64,000 nt of DNA from the NCBI GenBank assembly GCA_965202985.1, contig CBDBCF010000002.1, positions 638,451-702,450 on the forward strand, given 5' to 3'. Origin of the DNA: Longimicrobiales bacterium. GTDB taxonomy: Bacteria; Gemmatimonadota; Gemmatimonadetes; Longimicrobiales; Gaopeijiaceae. The notes under the pieces are model-generated. The model was given only the letters and a program-made list of their open reading frames with translations, was not told the DNA's origin and did not search any database. This document shows positions 19,038 to 25,587 of the stretch, piece by piece. The position numbers and the translations under genes were made by a program. The stretch's first letter is position 1. Every line of letters starts with the position of its first letter.

Positions 19038-20276
19038 CTACTTCTGGCGCACCAGCCTCCTTCCGACAACATATGGAATGTCCAGCGAGTCGCGCCGGGT
19101 GCCCCAAACGTGCGTCTCCGTCGCGTCCATGAGCCGGAAACCTCTGGGCAAGAGCACTTTGCGCGCGGGCGACTCCACGTCTCCTCTGGGAAAAGAGTAC
19201 CACGCGGGCAGCGTGTCGGCCCCACGGATCGAAAGCCAGATGTGGCCGGACGAGGACAGCATTAGGCTGCTGACCGGAGGGAAGTACCCGGATTCGGGCA
19301 CGTACATGGCTTCGACAACCTTCTTTCGCAAGTCGCCGGTACCCGACAATCCTCCCGGCATTCTGCTGACGAAGCGCTCGACCATTTCGGTACGCTGGTC
19401 GGCGTACCAAGCCACCTGTTCCGGCGTGATCGGGATCGGGGCAACCGTGTCTTGCCGACGCCACAACGTGTCTCCGCCGGCCGCGATTTCCAGGATCTCA
19501 ATGAGTCCCGGCCCCCCCTTGCGACGCACGACGACCAAGGTCCCGGTGCCGAGATCGACCTCGTGAAGATCTTGGTCCGACAGCGGCTGTGCCGTCACCA
19601 AGGGGCTGCGGTCCCCTTCTCGGGGCTTCATGTGGAAGGTCGCGTTCGCTTGGTCCAACCTGTAGATCTCGTCCAGCGTCCATCCTTGATCGGTCTCCCG
19701 AATGTGGTAGACGGGTATCTGATCGACGGGATCATCGCCGTCAAGTCCCAACTCTACTCTCGTGGGCAACTCTGCTACACCCATGTAGCTTCCGTCCGAA
19801 AGATGCGCTTCCGCTTTGATGCGGGAGCCTCGAAAGCTGACCGACATGGGAGGGTTCGGAGCGGTGCTCAGCACCTCTCCGTCAAAGGAGAGCTCGGTGA
19901 ACCGCTGCGTGTCGCGCACGCGAAAGCTCGACGCGCCCAGGTGAACGCGATATGGGCCGATGAACTCTCCCGGACCCGCTCCTCGCCGCTCCCGGTCAAA
20001 GAGCAGCGATCCCTCCGGCGTCCAGATCGTAACCCTGCTCTCGTTGGGCTCCAGCACAAGCACGCGACCCTCGTCGGCGCGCACGAGATGCACCCAAGAG
20101 AAGGCGGCGGGTCCTTCGTAGGCAGGCCCGATCTTGAACTCGGCCTCGGAGGTCCAGACCGTTTGCGTGGGAACCTGCGGGCCGGAACGCATGTCCGGCC
20201 CGCAGGCGACCACCAGGACGAGAAGCCACAGCCCCAAGGGCGCGACTCGTCCTGCCCGACCGGTCCGTCGCTTCAC
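19038..20276 (-). CDS. Beta-propeller-like lipoprotein, paralogue A (GxGPGEF-motif family)
   Basis: GTG 20276 overlaps the stop of the Cys-rich gene (GTGA). Lipobox 'LLVLVVAC'. Motifs 'RRGAGPGEF' and '...SSSGHIWL'. 412 aa. The nucleotide sequence is near-identical to 20888-22114 at both ends. Confidence 0.8.
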   Translation of the reverse strand: MKRRTGRAGRVAPLGLWLLVLVVACGPDMRSGPQVPTQTVWTSEAEFKIGPAYEGPAAFSWVHLVRADEGRVLVLEPNESRVTIWTPEGSLLFDRERRGAGPGEFIGPYRVHLGASSFRVRDTQRFTELSFDGEVLSTAPNPPMSVSFRGSRIKAEAHLSDGSYMGVAELPTRVELGLDGDDPVDQIPVYHIRETDQGWTLDEIYRLDQANATFHMKPREGDRSPLVTAQPLSDQDLHEVDLGTGTLVVVRRKGGPGLIEILEIAAGGDTLWRRQDTVAPIPITPEQVAWYADQRTEMVERFVSRMPGGLSGTGDLRKKVVEAMYVPESGYFPPVSSLMLSSSGHIWLSIRGADTLPAWYSFPRGDVESPARKVLLPRGFRLMDATETHVWGTRRDSLDIPYVVGRRLVRQK

Positions 20277-20752
20277 CCGCCGATCCCCGACTTGGCAGGC
20301 CGGGGCTTCGTCACCCCTTCGGGTACAAGCTCGACTCCGATTTCCGCCGCCGCGACACGGTACACGGGCTCCCCGTTGCACTTTCGGCGGAAGACGATAT
20401 CGGGTCCGGCGACAGCGTAGTACAGTGGTCCGTCCGCCGGCATGGAGTTGCCAACCTTGAGACTGGCCAGTGCCATCGGAAGGTGTTCTTCCACTGTACC
20501 GTCGGCGGCGGCGGCTTCGCACGAAGCGCCGTATTCTTGGCACATGCAGACGAAGCCGGGGCGGCCGTCCTCGTTTTCGCCTTCGAAGCCATCTTGGCCG
20601 CAGTTCGCGGACCCCCCTTCCTGGGCTCCCGCGCAGCCCCTCCCATGCCCGTAGGAGCAGTCCTTGCACTCCATGCACTGCGCCGAGGCTTGGTCGGGGA
20701 GCGCGGCCACCGCGAAGACGGCCAGCAGGATGAACAGAATGCGATAGGTCAT
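20273..20752 (-). CDS. Secreted cysteine-rich protein of unknown function
   Basis: AGGAGA plus 7 nt precedes ATG 20752. Signal peptide 'MTYRILFILLAVFAVAALPDQASA'. The mature N-terminus 'QCMECKDCSYGHGRGCAGAQEGGSANCGQDGFEGENEDGRPGFVCMCQEYGASCE' has 8 Cys in 53 aa, with a ninth Cys later. 159 aa. Confidence 0.65.
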   Translation of the reverse strand: MTYRILFILLAVFAVAALPDQASAQCMECKDCSYGHGRGCAGAQEGGSANCGQDGFEGENEDGRPGFVCMCQEYGASCEAAAADGTVEEHLPMALASLKVGNSMPADGPLYYAVAGPDIVFRRKCNGEPVYRVAAAEIGVELVPEGVTKPRPAKSGIGG

Positions 20753-20842
20753 GTCACGTTCTCCTAGTTGAGGCGGGTTTCGGTCGCTAAAAGGACTAGG
20801 CCTGCTTCGGCATCTTGCCGCCAGGCACGGTTCCGCCGTGTG

Positions 20843-20858
20843 TGCCAATTAAGTGCCA
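20843..20858 (-). promoter_or_regulatory. Sigma54-type (-24/-12) promoter candidate upstream of the Cys-rich gene
   Basis: The minus strand reads TGGCAC-TTAAT-TGGCA, versus the consensus TGGCAC-N5-TTGCA. GG and GC are at the canonical 12-nt register with one mismatch. The site is about 90 nt upstream of ATG 20752, inside an unusually AT-rich patch. Confidence 0.45.
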
Positions 20859-20887
20859 CCCAGCCCCCGAAACGTTTCAACGCTCCG

Positions 20888-22114
20888 CTACTTCTGGCGC
20901 ACCAACCTCCTTCCGACAACGTATGGAATGTCCAGCGAGTCACGCCGGGTGCCCCAAACGTGCGTCTCCGTCGCGTCCATGAGCCGGAAACCTCTGGGCA
21001 ACAGCACCTTGCGCGCGGGCGACTCCACGTCTCCCCTGGGGAAAGTGTGCCACGCCGGCAGCGTGTCGGCCTCATGCTCGGTCCGGATCCGAAGCCAGAC
21101 GTGGCCGGACGAGGACAGCATGAGACGACGGACCGCAGGCAGGTACCCGGATTCGGGCACGTACATGGCCTCGATGGCCTTCTTTCGCAGGTCACCGGCA
21201 CCTGACAGTCCGGGCATTCTGCTCATCTCGGTGTGCAGGTCGGCGTACTCGGCCAGCAACTCGGGGGTGATCGGGATCGGGGCAACCATGTCTTGGCGCC
21301 GCCACAACGTGTCTCCGCCGGCCGCGATCTCGAGGACCTCGACGAGTCCCGGGCCCCCCTTGCGACGCACAACGACCAAGGCTCCGGTACCGAGATCGAC
21401 CTCGTGCAGATCTTGGTCCGACAACAGCTGCGCCGTCGACATGGAGGCATCTTCGCCATACTCCACCCGGAAGATCGAGTTCGCTTGGTCCAGCCTGTAG
21501 ATCTCGCCCAGCGTCCACCCTTGATCGGTCTCTCGTATGCGAAAGACGGGTATCTGATCGACGGGATCATTACCGTCAATCCCCATCCGTACTCTTGCGG
21601 ACAACGCCGCCACACCCACGTAGCTCCCGTCCGAAAGATGCGCTTCCGCTCGGACGCGGGAGCCTCGAAAGCTGGCCGACGTGGGAGGGTTCGGAGCGGT
21701 GCTCAGCACCTCGCCGTCGTAGGAGAGCTCGGTGAAGCGCTGTCGGTCGCGCACTCGAAAGCTCGACGCGCCCAGGTGAACGCGATATGGGCCGCTGAAC
21801 TCTCCCGGTCCTGCTCCTCGCCGCTCCCGGTCAAAGAGCAGCGATCCCTCCGGCGTCCAGATCGTAACCCTGCTCTCGTTGGGCTCCAGCACAAGCACGC
21901 GACCCTCGTCGGCGCGCACGAGATGCACCCAAGAGAAGGCGGCGGGTCCTTCGTAGGCAGGCCCGATCTTGAACTCGGCCTCGGAGGTCCAGACCGTTTG
22001 CGCGGGAACCTGCGGGCCGGAGCGCGCGTCCGGCCTGCAAGCGACCACCAGGACGAGAAGCCACAGCCCCAAGGGCACGACGGCCCTCGGCAGGAATGGA
22101 ATGCGACGAGTCAT
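20888..22114 (-). CDS. Beta-propeller-like lipoprotein, paralogue B (GxGPGEF-motif family)
   Basis: GAGGAG plus 8 nt precedes ATG 22114 (ATGA overlap with the gmhB stop). Lipobox 'LLVLVVAC' and motif 'RRGAGPGEF'. 408 aa. Confidence 0.8.
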   Translation of the reverse strand: MTRRIPFLPRAVVPLGLWLLVLVVACRPDARSGPQVPAQTVWTSEAEFKIGPAYEGPAAFSWVHLVRADEGRVLVLEPNESRVTIWTPEGSLLFDRERRGAGPGEFSGPYRVHLGASSFRVRDRQRFTELSYDGEVLSTAPNPPTSASFRGSRVRAEAHLSDGSYVGVAALSARVRMGIDGNDPVDQIPVFRIRETDQGWTLGEIYRLDQANSIFRVEYGEDASMSTAQLLSDQDLHEVDLGTGALVVVRRKGGPGLVEVLEIAAGGDTLWRRQDMVAPIPITPELLAEYADLHTEMSRMPGLSGAGDLRKKAIEAMYVPESGYLPAVRRLMLSSSGHVWLRIRTEHEADTLPAWHTFPRGDVESPARKVLLPRGFRLMDATETHVWGTRRDSLDIPYVVGRRLVRQK

Positions 22115-22758
22115 GGCACATGCTCCTCTGTGGAAGGTGGATCGTACATCCGTTCCAGGCGTACCGTCCGGCGGCCCGCACTCTCGGCCTCCAGCGCCTC
22201 CACGAGTTCGGCCGCCGCCGCCAGGTCGTCCACGACCCGGTACTCGGGCGAAAGGGCCGATTCCTCCTCCCGGCCCCAGCCGGTGCGGACAAGGATTCCG
22301 GTGCCGTTCAAGGCGCGGGCGGGCTCCACGTCGCTGGCCTTGTCGCCCACATAGTAGGATCCCCGGGTGACGAGGCCAAGGTCGCGGGCAGCTGTGCGGT
22401 GCATGAGGGTGCTGGGCTTGCGGCAGGTCGTCCTGGGGTCGCCGCCGGGGGGGTCGGGGCAGTAGTAGACGCCGTCCATGACCACGCCGGCCTGGGCCAG
22501 CCGGCGTTCCACCTCCGCAGCCACGCGCCGGTAGTCGTCGACGCCGTAGAGTCCGCGGCCGATCCCGGACTGGTTGGTGACCAGGACCAGGGCTAGCCCC
22601 ATGGCCTTGAGGCGAAGGAGCGCGTCCGCGGCGCCGGGGACCAGCGAGACGCCGGCCGGGTCCGACAGGTAGTGGCGCTCCACGATAATCGTGCCGTCGC
22701 GGTCCACGAACGCGGCCCGGCGGAGGGGCGTGCCGTCTTGTGGCAGGGGAAGCGTCAT
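22111..22758 (-). CDS. gmhB: HAD-IIIA phosphatase, D,D-heptose 1,7-bisphosphate phosphatase-like
   Basis: 'AAFVDRDGTII' (DxDGT), 'VTNQSGIGRG', 'YYCPDPP...CRKPS', 'YYVGDKASD'. ATG 22758 overlaps the selA stop. Confidence 0.75.
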   Translation of the reverse strand: MTLPLPQDGTPLRRAAFVDRDGTIIVERHYLSDPAGVSLVPGAADALLRLKAMGLALVLVTNQSGIGRGLYGVDDYRRVAAEVERRLAQAGVVMDGVYYCPDPPGGDPRTTCRKPSTLMHRTAARDLGLVTRGSYYVGDKASDVEPARALNGTGILVRTGWGREEESALSPEYRVVDDLAAAAELVEALEAESAGRRTVRLERMYDPPSTEEHVP

Positions 22759-24140
22759 CGGCCGCCCAAGCGGCGGGTCGCGGCGGCCAGGGCCGCAGCC
22801 ACGACCGGGTCCTGCTCGGGAAGGACGGTGCGGAAGTCCAGCACGACCCGGCCTTCGCGGCTGCGAGCGACGACCGGCGGGTCGTGTGCCCGCAACGCCG
22901 CCGTCCATGCGTCGGCGCCGGAGCCGGGTGCCGGTATGCGCAGCACCGCAGTGGGAAGACTCGCGTCCGGGCAGGTCCCGCCGCCCACCACCGACCACCC
23001 CGCCCCAACTTCGGCGTCCAGCTCCGGCACGCGCTCCAGCACGGCCCGGACGCGCCGCTCGAGCACGGCCGGCGTCTGGGCGATCATGCGCAGGGCGGGA
23101 ACGCGCTCCTTTGCCCGCTCCGGGTCCCGGTACAGCGTCAGCGTGGCTTCCAGGCCAGCCAGGGTCGTCTTGTCGCATCGCAGCGCCCGGCACAAGGGGT
23201 GCGACTTGGCCAACGTCACGTGCTTCCTGGTTCCGGCCAAGACGCCCGCCTGGGGGCCGCCCAGCAGCTTGTCGCAGGAGAACACGACCAGATCGGCGCC
23301 CGCCGCGACGCTCTCGGCCGGGGTCGGCTCCGGGGGAAGCCCCAGGTCAGCGGCGTCCGCCAGGAGGCCCGAGCCAAGGTCGTGCACGAGCGGCAGCCCT
23401 TGAGCGGCGGTCAGCGGGGCAAGCTCCTCCAGGCCCGCGTGTCCGGTGAAGCCGGTCAGCCGGAAGTTGGAGCGGTGGACCTTGAGGACGGCTCCGACGC
23501 CGCCGGCTTCCAGCGCTCGGGCGTAGTCTTCGGCTCGGGTCCGGTTCGTGGTGCCGACGGGCACGAGCCGCGCCCCGGCGGCCTCCACGACCTCGGGAAT
23601 GCGAAAGCCGCCGCCGATCTCCACCAGTTCGCCGTGCGACACGACGACGCCCTTGCCCCGCGCCAGGGCCGTCAGCGCCAGGGCCAGGGCGCCGGCGCCG
23701 TTATTCACCACCAGGGCGTCTTCGGCCCCGGCGAGCTCCGCGAGCAGGCTTGCGCAGTGGACGTAGCGGGAGCCCCGCCGGCCCGCGTCCAGGTCGAACT
23801 CGAGGTTCCCGTAGCCGGTCGCCGCGGCCATGGCGCTCGCGGCCTCCGACGCCAGCGGGGCGCGGCCCAGGTTGGTGTGCAGCACTACGCCGGTCGCATT
23901 CACCACGGGCCGGAGCGAGGGCATGGACGCTCGGTCCGTCTCCGCGTAGACGAGCGCCGCCCAGCCTTCGTCGTCCGCGGGGGCGGCTAGCCCGCCGGAC
24001 CGGACGTGCCCCAGCACCGCACGCACGCGGTCCGCAACCCAGGCGCGGCCGTGGAGCGCCGCCAGTTCCTTGCACCAGGGGCACCCCAGAAGGTGGTCCA
24101 CGCCGGGGATCGAGCGGCGCGGGTCCGGCCGTCCCTTCAC
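22755..24140 (-). CDS. selA: L-seryl-tRNA(Sec) selenium transferase
   Basis: 'IPGVDHLL', 'VVNATGVVLHTNLGRAPL', 'NLEFDLDAGRRGSR', 'VVNNGAGAL', PLP-lysine motif 'FSCDKLLGGPQAG'. GTG 24140 overlaps the upstream stop. Confidence 0.88.
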   Translation of the reverse strand: MKGRPDPRRSIPGVDHLLGCPWCKELAALHGRAWVADRVRAVLGHVRSGGLAAPADDEGWAALVYAETDRASMPSLRPVVNATGVVLHTNLGRAPLASEAASAMAAATGYGNLEFDLDAGRRGSRYVHCASLLAELAGAEDALVVNNGAGALALALTALARGKGVVVSHGELVEIGGGFRIPEVVEAAGARLVPVGTTNRTRAEDYARALEAGGVGAVLKVHRSNFRLTGFTGHAGLEELAPLTAAQGLPLVHDLGSGLLADAADLGLPPEPTPAESVAAGADLVVFSCDKLLGGPQAGVLAGTRKHVTLAKSHPLCRALRCDKTTLAGLEATLTLYRDPERAKERVPALRMIAQTPAVLERRVRAVLERVPELDAEVGAGWSVVGGGTCPDASLPTAVLRIPAPGSGADAWTAALRAHDPPVVARSREGRVVLDFRTVLPEQDPVVAAALAAATRRLGGR

Positions 24141-25585
24141 GGGCGCGGGCTGGGTCGCGGGGTCTCCGCGCACGGCTCGGCAGCGGGAGGGCGCGACCGC
24201 GCGACCGGCAGCGTGTCCGTCGAGAGAGTGTTGTCCAACTGCGCGGGGGCGGCCAGCGTGTCCGTAGCCAGCGTGTCGACGGCCGCGGCCGCGCTGTCCA
24301 CAACAGCCGCACCGGCGCTGTCCACCGGCGCGGCCGCGCTGTCTTGCGCCAATTCTTCCCAGACGAACACGGCCGTCTGACGACCGCCGACCACGCCGCC
24401 CAAGTTGGCCACGCCGGACAAGCTCGCCTCGTAGGGCACTCCGCGCTCCAGAGGCTCTTCCACGACGCCCACCATCGCCTGCGACGGCAACAGAAGGCCC
24501 GACAGGCCCACCGGGTCCTGGCCGGCGGCGTCCTCCGGGCCACCCGGGTCCGCCGTCGCAGCGGCCCCCGCCGAGCCCTCCCGGCCCGCCCCCTCGGCGC
24601 CGGACTCGGTCGTGTCGGCTCGCGCCGCCCGAGCCGCCGAATCCGCCCGCTCCGCCTGCCAGCGCCGGTACTCGTGCTCGTGGAAGAAGAGAACCGCCAG
24701 CCGCACGGTGTCGCCGCCCTCGGCTTCGCGGCCGATCGTGCCCTCCACGGCCACGCCGGGGCGGTACGGCTCCAGGTAGTCGTCGAAGTCGAACCGCAGC
24801 GTGACCGAGTCGTCCACCGCCACCTTGGCCAAGCGGGCCGGCGTCGTGTCCGGCTCCACCAGGGACAGCACAAGCAGGTTCGTGTCCGGCTGGGCGGCCA
24901 AGCGGGCGTTCTGGTACTCGCTCCTGGGCTCGCTCGCGTTCAGGGTGTCGTTGCGGTTGAGGTCCTGCCAAGCGCGAACTCGGGCGGCGCCTGCGGGCAG
25001 GTAGCGCAGCGAGAAGAGGCCGTCGGGTCCCGTGGTGTTCCAGTGGACCGCGGGCGCGCCCCCTTCTCCGCCGCCGCCGTCGAACTCGGCGTCCACGCGC
25101 ACGCCCGCCGCGGCCTCGCCCGTGACGCGGTCCTCCACGACGCCGCCGATCACGTTGGGCACGAACTCGGGCCCGGTGGACACGACCAGGTCGAAGGGGT
25201 CGCGCAGCGGGTTGTCGAACATGTCCGCGATTACCGGGAGCACGGTGACCCGATAGACCCGGCCGGGCAGAAGGGCGCGCTGGACCTTGACGGCGATGCC
25301 GTCTCGACCGTGCTCCACGCGCACATTGCCCGAAGCGGGCGACACGATCACGGCGTCGTCCAGGCGGCCCTGGGACGGGCGTTCGCGGATCCGTTCGCTG
25401 AACCGAAAGTGGAACTCGGTTTCCCCTGGCTCCACTTGGGCGAAGGTGTCCGGGCGCGTCTCGACCACATAGGGCGGGAAGCGGTCCTCGGGTCCGCCCG
25501 GCGGCGCCTCCGGGCGCGCGCAACCCGCGACGGCGACCACCCCCAGCCCAGTCGCCAGCGAAAGGGCCGCCGTCGCCCGCGGCAA
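24137..25585 (-). CDS. Lipoprotein with Ig-like (SbsA/Big-type) and CarboxypepD_reg-like segments
   Basis: Lipobox 'VAVAGC'. 'PYVVETRPD...VIVSP...YRVTVLPVIADMFDN' is Ig-like and 'GGVVEDRVTGEAAAGVRVD' is regulatory-domain-like. The start is uncertain (TTG 25585, CTG 25591 or TTG 25645). Confidence 0.6.
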   Translation of the reverse strand: MPRATAALSLATGLGVVAVAGCARPEAPPGGPEDRFPPYVVETRPDTFAQVEPGETEFHFRFSERIRERPSQGRLDDAVIVSPASGNVRVEHGRDGIAVKVQRALLPGRVYRVTVLPVIADMFDNPLRDPFDLVVSTGPEFVPNVIGGVVEDRVTGEAAAGVRVDAEFDGGGGEGGAPAVHWNTTGPDGLFSLRYLPAGAARVRAWQDLNRNDTLNASEPRSEYQNARLAAQPDTNLLVLSLVEPDTTPARLAKVAVDDSVTLRFDFDDYLEPYRPGVAVEGTIGREAEGGDTVRLAVLFFHEHEYRRWQAERADSAARAARADTTESGAEGAGREGSAGAAATADPGGPEDAAGQDPVGLSGLLLPSQAMVGVVEEPLERGVPYEASLSGVANLGGVVGGRQTAVFVWEELAQDSAAAPVDSAGAAVVDSAAAAVDTLATDTLAAPAQLDNTLSTDTLPVARSRPPAAEPCAETPRPSPRP

Positions 25586-25587
25586 CG

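Larger units (their letters stand above)
19038..22114 (-). repeat. Tandem segmental duplication of the lipoprotein gene (copies 19038-20276 and 20888-22114)
   Basis: The 3' ends are about 96% identical over the first 150 nt. A 190-nt block is 100% identical (19978-20167 = 21813-22002). The central parts are clearly diverged. Confidence 0.9.
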
